A DNA stretch of 62,932 nucleotides from an uncultured Gammaproteobacteria bacterium (GTDB taxonomy: Bacteria > Patescibacteriota > Microgenomatia > UBA12405), in the NCBI GenBank assembly GCA_964503465.1, contig CAZCYZ010000003.1, positions 1 to 62,932 on the forward strand. The letters are read 5' to 3'. Position 1 is the stretch's first letter, and every line of letters starts with the position of its first letter. The notes below the pieces were generated by a model. It was not told the origin of the DNA. It searched no databases and saw only the letters and a list, made by a program, of their open reading frames with translations. A program made the position numbers and the translations under genes. Below are positions 18,307 through 26,636 of the stretch, in pieces.

Positions 18307-18934
18307 ACTCTTTATCCTTCCTCATCTCCCTCTCAATCAAGTCTCTTAGAAACACTGACCTAGGAATCATTCTGCTTTTTGCCACCCAATCCAAATACGC
18401 CAAAATCTTTGGACTAACAAAGAAGTTAAAACGCACATCAGACGCTTGCTTAGCTTCCTCAATTGCCTTCGGTAGTACCGTATTCAGATTGTTAAGATTG
18501 TAGCTTACCATTATCAACCGTTTATCATTACTTCCCTCAAGTAGAATCGAACTGTTTCCTTCGGTATGGAGTACCAAAACCACCTTTCCCAATTCCAAAG
18601 CAAAAGATATCTCATGCCCTACCGACACGCTTGGATAGGAAATCTCCGCCACCACTATATCAGAAGACTTCACCCACCCAAAAAGCTCCTTATAAAACTC
18701 CCTCTTTTCCTTGTCTGTCTGGGATACCGCTCTGTCAGCGGCATTATCACTCAATATGTGGTCCGCAAAAACCCTATAACCCATTTTTCTCAGAGAATCA
18801 ACAATAGCCAAATAGTTAGCCCCATAATCTTGCTTTCCCCGCAACGACGCCGTAAAATAAGCTTTCACGAACTTAATTATACCTATTACTGGTATAATTA
18901 CAAGTCTCAAAAGTATGAAAATTGAAAGCACCAT
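18296..18934 (-). CDS. DNPH1/nucleoside 2-deoxyribosyltransferase-like domain fused to a C-terminal ribbon-helix-helix-like segment
   Basis: KAYFTASLRG start and VVAEISYPSVSVGHEISFA match the DNPH1/Rcl family core (catalytic Glu context). The C-terminus FNFFVSPKILAYLDWVAKSRMIPRSVFLRDLIEREM looks CopG/RHH-like. A GTG at 18868 (VKAYFTAS) is a likelier start. Confidence 0.55.
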   Translation of the reverse strand: MVLSIFILLRLVIIPVIGIIKFVKAYFTASLRGKQDYGANYLAIVDSLRKMGYRVFADHILSDNAADRAVSQTDKEKREFYKELFGWVKSSDIVVAEISYPSVSVGHEISFALELGKVVLVLHTEGNSSILLEGSNDKRLIMVSYNLNNLNTVLPKAIEEAKQASDVRFNFFVSPKILAYLDWVAKSRMIPRSVFLRDLIEREMRKDKEFKE

Positions 18935-19883
18935 TTTATCGCTATCTATCTACCTAACCGACGTTTGCAATCTCAACTGCAAGCACTGTTTCCTTAAAGC
19001 CTCTCCACGGGGTAAGCAACACCTTAGTTGGGAACAAATCAAAACCACCCTCGACTACTACCGTCAACAAAACTGCCAAATCGTTGAATTTACTGGCGGG
19101 GAAGCCTGTCTATCCCCCTTTGTTCGTCGAGCTGTTACCTACGCTCGAAAAATTGGCTATCCATCAATTGGCATCAACACCAACGGCATCACTTCCAAGG
19201 TAATTGACTTATTTAGTCCTCAAGAACTTGACAAGATTACTTTCAGTTTGGATGGGGCTACTCCTAATATTCATGACATTATTCGTGGTCAAGGTTCCTT
19301 CAAAAAAACTATCGCCACCATTAATCAGGCTATCACCCTTGGTTTTAACGTCGAAGTTATTTTCACTGTCAATCGCTATAACCAAAACCAAACCAAAACC
19401 ATCGTCCAACTTCTCGACAAAATGAAAGTTACCAAACTTAGCTTCAATTATATCTCCCCTATTGGCAACGCCCAACAAAACCCCGACGTACTCCTTTCCC
19501 CCAAAGACTGGATCAAGGTTCGATCAAGAATTGAATCCATTAACAACCTTAAATTCCTCACCATTAGATACCCCCCAATGTTTGTTTCAAAAACCGAGTA
19601 CAACACAATGATTACCCAGGGTTATCATTGTGTTCTTGCCAACGCCTCCAAAAACGAAGTTCGTCCCGATGGCAACATTTACCACTGCTGTCTTACTGTT
19701 GAAAACCCTCAAGTTGTCGGTGGTCACGCCAAAAATAACCATATTATTCTCGACAAGAAAGAGGAGATCAATTACCTCGAGTTACACTACAATTCCCCCT
19801 GTCCCGCTCGGGTCCAATCTCCATCACCCGACCTTATTCCCATATGTGTCTACTATAAAAAAATTATTGAGCCCCAATCGTAG
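18915..19883 (+). CDS. radical SAM protein with Cys-rich C-terminal (SPASM/twitch-like) region
   Basis: CNLNCKHC (Cx3Cx2C) at residues ~18-25, then GGEA. C-terminal cysteines are YHC, YHCC, SPCP and PICV. Confidence 0.8.
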   Translation: MKIESTILSLSIYLTDVCNLNCKHCFLKASPRGKQHLSWEQIKTTLDYYRQQNCQIVEFTGGEACLSPFVRRAVTYARKIGYPSIGINTNGITSKVIDLFSPQELDKITFSLDGATPNIHDIIRGQGSFKKTIATINQAITLGFNVEVIFTVNRYNQNQTKTIVQLLDKMKVTKLSFNYISPIGNAQQNPDVLLSPKDWIKVRSRIESINNLKFLTIRYPPMFVSKTEYNTMITQGYHCVLANASKNEVRPDGNIYHCCLTVENPQVVGGHAKNNHIILDKKEEINYLELHYNSPCPARVQSPSPDLIPICVYYKKIIEPQS

Positions 19884-20877
19884 TATCAAAAAACGCCACC
19901 GTCTTTGCCACTCCCTCACTCCATCCGCCTTTTAAATTATGATCCGCTCCGGGGTAAACCACCAATTCTGCCTTCTTCCCCAAACCCTTTAGTCTATCTA
20001 CCAACGCCTGTTGCCACTCCACTTTGCACCACTCATCCGCCGTTCCCTGCAGAATTAGTATTGGTGCTCCAACCCAATCCAAATAATTCTCAAAAGCATA
20101 GCGTCTGGCGTCATAAGAGGTCAAAAACTTTTCAATTTCCCCCTTAACTGGACTCCCTTCATCAATGGTTGATAACACACTCTCTGGAAACTTCTGGGTC
20201 ATTGGTGCCCATAACACTGTCGGGTAACTTTCCCCGGTAATTTCTAGCGCCGACAGGACTATTTGACCACCGTTACTATGAGCCCAAATTCCAATGTTTT
20301 CCCTATCCACCCACGGTAAAGTTTTTATTGTTTCAATCAAATCTAAAAGGCTCACTACTTTTTCAAATCTTGCCTCCAACACATCAGTCGACTCCCCCTC
20401 ACTCCCCCCATAGCCTAAAAAATCAATACTTATGGTCGCATACCCCTCTTTGGCTAATTCATCTGCCACCCGCCATGTCCCCGATCCAGAATAATATCCC
20501 ACCGTTTCGGCATAACCCCGCACCGTCACAATTACCTTCGACAAACTTGATTTTTCTGGATGATAATTAATCATTCCCGTGATCCACTTACCATTACTCA
20601 GAAATCTAATTTGCCGGGTATCAAAATCATATTTATCTGTTCTCCTATCCTCCACCTCTTTTATCTTCCCCAGAATCTCCATCTTGTACAGGCGAACCGA
20701 TGTGTTCGCCCTTCCTTGCCTTAGGCTATCAAAATCATACTTCTCCAAATTCTTTATCTGCATCGGTTTCTGGTTCCCTTTTGGATCCAATCTCCCCGTC
20801 ACCCACCGCCACCCCATCAACGCTCCTCCAACCAATAACGCCAATATTACCATCACTGCAATTTTCTTTATCACCAA
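19864..20877 (-). CDS. membrane-anchored alpha/beta hydrolase (dienelactone hydrolase / S9-like)
   Basis: N-terminal TM helix. Nucleophile elbow GIWAHSNGG, with Asp in GTADEW and His in GADHNL. Confidence 0.75.
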   Translation of the reverse strand: MVIKKIAVMVILALLVGGALMGWRWVTGRLDPKGNQKPMQIKNLEKYDFDSLRQGRANTSVRLYKMEILGKIKEVEDRRTDKYDFDTRQIRFLSNGKWITGMINYHPEKSSLSKVIVTVRGYAETVGYYSGSGTWRVADELAKEGYATISIDFLGYGGSEGESTDVLEARFEKVVSLLDLIETIKTLPWVDRENIGIWAHSNGGQIVLSALEITGESYPTVLWAPMTQKFPESVLSTIDEGSPVKGEIEKFLTSYDARRYAFENYLDWVGAPILILQGTADEWCKVEWQQALVDRLKGLGKKAELVVYPGADHNLKGGWSEGVAKTVAFFDTTIGAQ

Positions 20878-20900
20878 CTTATTGTACTATTTAATAAAGA

Positions 20901-23441
20901 ATGGTCACTCTCTTCCTCTTTTTAATTCTCTTACTTTGTCCCACTCCCACCCAAGCCGCCTACTATAGTTATCCCTTCGCTACTCAAACCGTCGACGCTA
21001 TCTCTCGCCAGAAAATGCAAATTCCTCAAGGTATTTATGATTCTGTTTCCAATAAGACCTTCATTGTTTACCCTGCCGGAGTTACCTCTAGTGGGCTTTC
21101 CGAAGTCTCACCCTACATTATTAGTTACAGTCACACCACTCACTCTTGGTCCTCACCGGTCAAAATTATTACCTCCCCACACCCACCCGACTCTCACAAT
21201 TATCCCCAGCTACTAATTGACAGTAACGGCTATCTGCACGTCTTTCAAACATTCCACGGTCAACCTATACTTCATGCTACCTCCAGCAATCCCCGCGATA
21301 TCTCTCAATGGAACTTTAGCTACCTCACCGGAGTTAGTGCCACCTATGGTGCTGCTGTTAAAGCCAAAAACGGTGATTTCTACCTTTTTTTTAGAAACGG
21401 TCTTAGTGGTGGCAGCAGTGGGCCCTCCGGCTGGCACGAACCAGAATACTACTACAAATCCACCAACAATGGTGCCAACTGGACCCTCCATTCACTCATC
21501 GACCCACTTAAAAACTCCGACGGTTGGAACACTATCTACGTTAAATCTCTTCACTACGAATCAAACCCAGAAAGAGTTCACATTGTCTTTGCGCTTACCT
21601 ACAATCATAACGATAAATTCAAAAAACACTATTACGTTTTTTTCAACCTAAACAACAATCACATATATTCTGCTAATGGCCAAGATTATGGCACCACTAT
21701 CGATCGCAATGAATTCCAAAGTAACTGCGAATTATACAGCTACTCACAACCACTAAACTTCAACGACTACGGTAACACTCACACCGCTTTTTACCTCGAT
21801 AACAACGGCAAACCTAATGTTTTCTATAACAAATATATTCCTGGTCAATCACAACTCGCCCACAGCCAACTCTGGTGGGCCAAATGGGATGGTTCCAACT
21901 GGCAACACCAACATCTCAGTAATTTCGATGAGGTTGTTGGTCCAATGGATGTTAAATATATCAACGACTCCAATATTGACCTTTTTATAAGTAAGTGGGA
22001 TGGAGCCACAATACCAGGAATTATCTATCACTATAATGGAAGTAGTTGGACACAATCATGGCGCTCAGACCTGACGCCACCACCATACCATTTTACTTAC
22101 ATTTACGACTCACACCCTGATATTACCGCCACCTTTTATCAAAGTGATTACCAGGGATGGAACACCCCAAAACCAATCGGCACCTTTCATGTCTTTGGTA
22201 ACAATAATTTTTCGTCATCCTGCCCAGCTCCCAACTTCAAACACTATCGTTGGTCAGGCTCACCCCACTTTGTTTTCCCAACCAACTCACCTTGCGATCA
22301 ATACTCCATTGGCTCAAAAACACCATCAAGTGGAGAAATTTACTCACCTTTAACCCAAGTCCAACCTAATACTACTTACACTATTAGTTATCAAGTAAAA
22401 ACTGAATCAGTTGCTTCTACTGCCCCATTTGTGGCTACAGTTCTGGTTTCTGAATACAATTCTTCTGCCAAGGAGTCAGACTCCATCAATCAAAGTCGCA
22501 CTCACGATGGCCAAAGAACCAATGTTCCCAAGGTAACTGGCACCACTAATTGGCAAACCAAACAATATACCTTCACCACTCTTTCCAACACCAAATACAT
22601 TCGTTTCCGTCGAGTCAATGCCGCTTGGGGGGAGGCTAGTGGTGAAACCTATTTTAAAGACGTCAAACTGTCCGTTCCTACCCCTACTTCAACTCCCAAA
22701 CCCAGCAACACCCCCACCCCAACTCCTACCTCTCCAGGTTGTCCAACCTCTACCGACAAAAGTTATCGTTGGTCAGGCACACCCAACTTTACTTACCCCA
22801 AGACTACACCATGCGATCAATATTCTCTTGATTCGGATACCCCATCAAGTGGAGAAATTTATACCCCTCTAACTACAGTCTCGCCCAATACTACTTACAC
22901 TATCAGTTATCAAGTCAAGACAGAATCAATCGCTTCCATTGCACCTTTTGTTGCCACTGTCCTAGTTTCTGAATACAGTTCTTCCGCCAAAGAAACTGAC
23001 CTTGTCAATCAAAATCGCACTCACGATGGCCAAAGAACCAACATTCCCCAAGTTACCGGCACTACTAATTGGCAAACCAAACAATACACTTTTACCACTC
23101 TCTCCAACACCAAGTATGTTCGTTTCCGCCGAGTCAATTCCGCTTGGGGGGAGGCCATCGGAAAAGTCTATTTTAAAAACATTCAATTGGTTGCCTCGAT
23201 ACCCACCAACACCCCCAAACCAACTAATACTCCAACTAAAACCCCCACCAAAGTTCCTACCACTCCTCCCAAAAAATTAGGTGATGCCAATGGTGATGGT
23301 AAAGTAAACCTTCTTGATTTTGGTACTTGGAAGACTGAATACCTTACCAAAACCGGACTCAATTCTGATTTTGATAAGAATAATAAAGTCAATATTGCTG
23401 ATTTTGCGATTTGGAAAACCGAGTATTTGAAAACTAAATGA
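20901..23441 (+). CDS. secreted BNR/Asp-box beta-propeller-like protein with two tandem CBM-like modules, Pro/Thr linker and C-terminal dockerin
   Basis: Signal peptide MVTLFLFLILLLCPTPTQA. DSHNYPQLLIDSNGYLHVF and the Asp-box-like STNNGANWT. Two ~150-aa repeats. PTNTPKPTNTPTKTPTKVP linker. GDANGDGKVNLLDF...SDFDKNNKVNIADF dockerin. Confidence 0.75.
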   Translation: MVTLFLFLILLLCPTPTQAAYYSYPFATQTVDAISRQKMQIPQGIYDSVSNKTFIVYPAGVTSSGLSEVSPYIISYSHTTHSWSSPVKIITSPHPPDSHNYPQLLIDSNGYLHVFQTFHGQPILHATSSNPRDISQWNFSYLTGVSATYGAAVKAKNGDFYLFFRNGLSGGSSGPSGWHEPEYYYKSTNNGANWTLHSLIDPLKNSDGWNTIYVKSLHYESNPERVHIVFALTYNHNDKFKKHYYVFFNLNNNHIYSANGQDYGTTIDRNEFQSNCELYSYSQPLNFNDYGNTHTAFYLDNNGKPNVFYNKYIPGQSQLAHSQLWWAKWDGSNWQHQHLSNFDEVVGPMDVKYINDSNIDLFISKWDGATIPGIIYHYNGSSWTQSWRSDLTPPPYHFTYIYDSHPDITATFYQSDYQGWNTPKPIGTFHVFGNNNFSSSCPAPNFKHYRWSGSPHFVFPTNSPCDQYSIGSKTPSSGEIYSPLTQVQPNTTYTISYQVKTESVASTAPFVATVLVSEYNSSAKESDSINQSRTHDGQRTNVPKVTGTTNWQTKQYTFTTLSNTKYIRFRRVNAAWGEASGETYFKDVKLSVPTPTSTPKPSNTPTPTPTSPGCPTSTDKSYRWSGTPNFTYPKTTPCDQYSLDSDTPSSGEIYTPLTTVSPNTTYTISYQVKTESIASIAPFVATVLVSEYSSSAKETDLVNQNRTHDGQRTNIPQVTGTTNWQTKQYTFTTLSNTKYVRFRRVNSAWGEAIGKVYFKNIQLVASIPTNTPKPTNTPTKTPTKVPTTPPKKLGDANGDGKVNLLDFGTWKTEYLTKTGLNSDFDKNNKVNIADFAIWKTEYLKTK
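22221..22673 (+). repeat. CBM-like module, tandem copy 1 (coding repeat)
   Basis: CPAPNFKHYRWSGSPHF...YFKDVKLS aligns along its full length with copy 2. Confidence 0.8.
22740..23189 (+). repeat. CBM-like module, tandem copy 2 (coding repeat)
   Basis: CPTSTDKSYRWSGTPNF...YFKNIQL. Long identical stretches with copy 1 (NTTYTISYQVKTES, APFVATVLVSEY, VTGTTNWQTKQYTFTTLSNTKY). Confidence 0.8.
23202..23441 (+). repeat. 240-nt Pro/Thr-linker + dockerin cassette, copy 1
   Basis: Aligns base for base with 24991-25230, with only scattered substitutions. Confidence 0.9.
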
Positions 23442-23466
23442 TGTCACTATACTATTAAATAAGCAG

Positions 23467-25230
23467 ATGATCACTATTCTCGTCCTATTCTTTCTCGTTT
23501 TCTTTTTCTTTCACCCTCCCCTTGCCGCCGGCGACGGCTTTACTCTCGATAATGCCGGCATCTCCAAAGTCCATCAGTCATCAATTCCTCACATCGCCAA
23601 AAACGGCACCATCCAGCAATCCCACACCACCGATTCTTTTATCCCCATCGCTATGTGGGGCAATGATTTTGGTCGATACGATTCCTACAACTGGAATTAT
23701 TACCAACTAAATGACAATATTTCCCGCGACACCACTCCCAACTTGGTTGAAGCCGGTTTTAATGCTGTCTTCACTCATGTTTCCAACGATATCATGGCCC
23801 TCCTTCAGGATCGAAATCTCAAAGCCTTTTACGGTGTCTACTGGTCAGGCATCTGGCAGTACGAAAAGGGCGACACCAACTGGGACACCCTCAAAACCAC
23901 CATCAACAAACTCAAAAACCACCCCACCACTATCGGTTACTACCTCTACGATGAACCCGATAATGTCCCCGATTTCGAGTGGAGCACTCTTCAAAAAGCC
24001 TATCAAATCATCAAGGCCATCGACCCAAACCGTCCCATTTTCGCTAATTTCATTGGTGGCAACTGCGACGCCCCCAGCATCACCTCGTTTAACAATACTG
24101 CTGTCGCCGATTTTTATCCCTTTCACCACACCGGCGATAGCACCGAAGGTCTGGGTGATAATCTAAACTTTTTAAACTGCTTTGGCCAGAGTAAAGAAAC
24201 CACTCCTTTCTTTCCTATCCTTCAAGCCTACAGTGGTGGCCGCGAAACCAATCCAACCATCATCCCCACCAAACAACAAATGCGAAACCAAATCTATCTG
24301 GCTCTGACTCGAGGTGCTACCGGTTTCTGGCTGTTCACCCACCACGATCCTTGGCGTCTCGACGAAGGCACTAATAAGTGTCGCACTATAACTTGGACTC
24401 AACCCTGTGAACATTTAGGGGGTATTAGCAAAGAATTTACTCCCGAAATCTGGAATGAGGTCATCAAAATTAATACCGAAATTAATACCTACAAAAAGAT
24501 CATTCTTTCCAAAACCGCCGCTGACGTTTACGATGTTTACCTCAAATATTACGGCCGAACCGAACACCCAATTAAGACAATCCTCAAAAACGCCAATGAT
24601 GGCGATTCTCGTTACCTTTTGGCTGTCAGTACTGCCACCGACTACGTTCAAAGCCGTTTTGAATTCGCTAATAACGTTTATGCTGTTACCTCGCTTCTTG
24701 ATAATCGTACCATCACTCCGTCCGGTAAAACCTTTACTGATGGCTTTACCAATCTAGACGTTCGACTCTACCGCATCGACTTTAGCCCCTACGCCACTCC
24801 CACCTCTTGTCCCACCGAAAAAACCTACAACGACACCAACCCAACCAATATCAAAAATTACTGTCAGGCCGTGGGGTTAAATTGTCAATATTATCCATCA
24901 TCAATTTCCTGCCACTCCGGTGCTGGCAGCTGGACTAATTTTGGTTCCAGTTGTACTGCTCCTTATTGCAACGGCTGTGCTTGTGTCACCCCCACCAACA
25001 CCCCCAAACCAACTAATACGCCAACTAAAACCCCCACCAAAGTTCCTACCATTCCTCCCAAAAAATTAGGTGATGCCAATGGTGATGGTAAAGTAAACCT
25101 TCTTGATTTCGGTACTTGGAAAACTGAATACCTTACCAAGACAGGTCTCAATTCTGATTTTGATAAGAATAATAAAGTCAATATTGCTGATTTTGCTGTT
25201 TGGAAGGCGGAATATTTGAAGACTAAATGA
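23467..25230 (+). CDS. secreted putative glycoside-hydrolase-like (TIM-barrel-like) protein with Cys-rich module, Pro/Thr linker and dockerin
   Basis: Signal-like N-terminus. GYYLYDEPDN motif reminiscent of clan GH-A enzymes (weak). Cys-rich CPTEK...CNGCAC block. Same linker and dockerin as the upstream gene. Confidence 0.6.
   Translation: MITILVLFFLVFFFFHPPLAAGDGFTLDNAGISKVHQSSIPHIAKNGTIQQSHTTDSFIPIAMWGNDFGRYDSYNWNYYQLNDNISRDTTPNLVEAGFNAVFTHVSNDIMALLQDRNLKAFYGVYWSGIWQYEKGDTNWDTLKTTINKLKNHPTTIGYYLYDEPDNVPDFEWSTLQKAYQIIKAIDPNRPIFANFIGGNCDAPSITSFNNTAVADFYPFHHTGDSTEGLGDNLNFLNCFGQSKETTPFFPILQAYSGGRETNPTIIPTKQQMRNQIYLALTRGATGFWLFTHHDPWRLDEGTNKCRTITWTQPCEHLGGISKEFTPEIWNEVIKINTEINTYKKIILSKTAADVYDVYLKYYGRTEHPIKTILKNANDGDSRYLLAVSTATDYVQSRFEFANNVYAVTSLLDNRTITPSGKTFTDGFTNLDVRLYRIDFSPYATPTSCPTEKTYNDTNPTNIKNYCQAVGLNCQYYPSSISCHSGAGSWTNFGSSCTAPYCNGCACVTPTNTPKPTNTPTKTPTKVPTIPPKKLGDANGDGKVNLLDFGTWKTEYLTKTGLNSDFDKNNKVNIADFAVWKAEYLKTK
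24991..25230 (+). repeat. 240-nt Pro/Thr-linker + dockerin cassette, copy 2
   Basis: Near-identical to 23202-23441. Its last 162 nt are essentially identical to 26439-26600. Confidence 0.9.
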
Positions 25231-26600
25231 TAGGCATTATTTTACTGGTCATAATACTCTCCCTGGCACATCCGTCTCCTGGCTTTTCAACTTTTTCGAC
25301 AACTCCAATAGTTAAAAAAGTTATGGTCGTTGATCTGAATCCATCTGTATCCAGTCAAGGAGGCCAACGTATTCGAGAAATTAAACATTGGAACGATCCC
25401 AAGACACTAGAAACCACTTTTATTGAAAATATTAGACAAGCTAGCGGTGGTTATCTCAACTATCAAATCGTCCAACGAATTGACAATGAAGACTGGCTTC
25501 CCCCTTTTAAAGATGGCTATCAACATACAGGAGACACCCTGCTACAAGCAATAAATAATCCTTCTGCTCGACATCTGCCTGACAAAATGAACTACAACGT
25601 CCTTCTTAACCGCTATCAGATTTGCGACAAGGTCAATTCAGGCGAGGTGGATGAGGTCTGGTTTTGGTTACTCCCCTGGACTGGAGCTTACGAAGCCATT
25701 ATGACCGGTAATGGAGCATTTGATACCAACGGTCCCCCCCTCTCGTCTAGTTGTATTCGCAAAACTCACCTCATGGCCTTCAACTGTGAACGCAGTGTAT
25801 CCGAAATGACCGAAAGCTACATTCACCGAATCGAAGGCACTCTCACCCATGTCTTTGACGAAGACCCATGCCACAACTCATCGATGAACACCGATTGGGG
25901 AAAGTTTGGCACTTACGACAAGAGAAATCCCAACAAAGCTGGCTGTGGCTGGTCTCATTACCCTCCCAACGGTACTAGTGATTATGATTGGGACAATACA
26001 AACCATGTTACTACCAATTGTAACGACTGGCTCAATTATCCAAATATTACTGGGTCAACACAAAGTTTAAATTGCCAAGAATGGGGCTGCCACAGTACAG
26101 GATTCTATGCCTGGTGGCTTAATCGCCTTCCCAAGTCAAACGGTTCAACCAAAAACAAGTCCAACAACTGGTGGCAGTATATTGCCGACTATGACTGCGT
26201 CACTAAAAACATTTGCCCCACTTCCGCCCCCGTCCCCACCTCAACCCCCAACTGCGTTAAAAACCACTCCAATGCTGTAACTGATAAAACTCAGTGCTGT
26301 ACCGGAGATGCCGAATTAGTACCTTACGCCGGACTAATTTGTTGTGGAGGCATAAATGATGTAGTCGACAATAACACCGAATGTTGCTCGAACCTCACCA
26401 CCCAACCCAACCAAGAAAAATTTAAATGTATTTTTACTGGTGATGCCAATGGTGATGGTAAAGCAAACCTTCTTGATTTCGGTACTTGGAAAACTGAATA
26501 CCTTACCAAGACAGGTCTCAATTCTGATTTTGATAAGAATAATAAAGTCAATATTGCTGATTTTGCTGTTTGGAAGGCGGAATATTTGAAGACTAAATAA
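25227..26600 (+). CDS. secreted hypothetical protein with Cys-rich module and C-terminal dockerin
   Basis: ATGA start/stop overlap with the upstream gene. Hydrophobic N-terminus. Catalytic region unrecognised. C-terminus GDANGDGKANLLDF...NNKVNIADF. Confidence 0.6.
   Translation: MIGIILLVIILSLAHPSPGFSTFSTTPIVKKVMVVDLNPSVSSQGGQRIREIKHWNDPKTLETTFIENIRQASGGYLNYQIVQRIDNEDWLPPFKDGYQHTGDTLLQAINNPSARHLPDKMNYNVLLNRYQICDKVNSGEVDEVWFWLLPWTGAYEAIMTGNGAFDTNGPPLSSSCIRKTHLMAFNCERSVSEMTESYIHRIEGTLTHVFDEDPCHNSSMNTDWGKFGTYDKRNPNKAGCGWSHYPPNGTSDYDWDNTNHVTTNCNDWLNYPNITGSTQSLNCQEWGCHSTGFYAWWLNRLPKSNGSTKNKSNNWWQYIADYDCVTKNICPTSAPVPTSTPNCVKNHSNAVTDKTQCCTGDAELVPYAGLICCGGINDVVDNNTECCSNLTTQPNQEKFKCIFTGDANGDGKANLLDFGTWKTEYLTKTGLNSDFDKNNKVNIADFAVWKAEYLKTK
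26439..26600 (+). repeat. 162-nt dockerin cassette, copy 3
   Basis: Essentially identical to 25069-25230 by eye (one visible difference, gta vs gca). Confidence 0.9.
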
Positions 26601-26636
26601 TCACCAGTCTCGTCAACATCAGTTATCATTATTACA

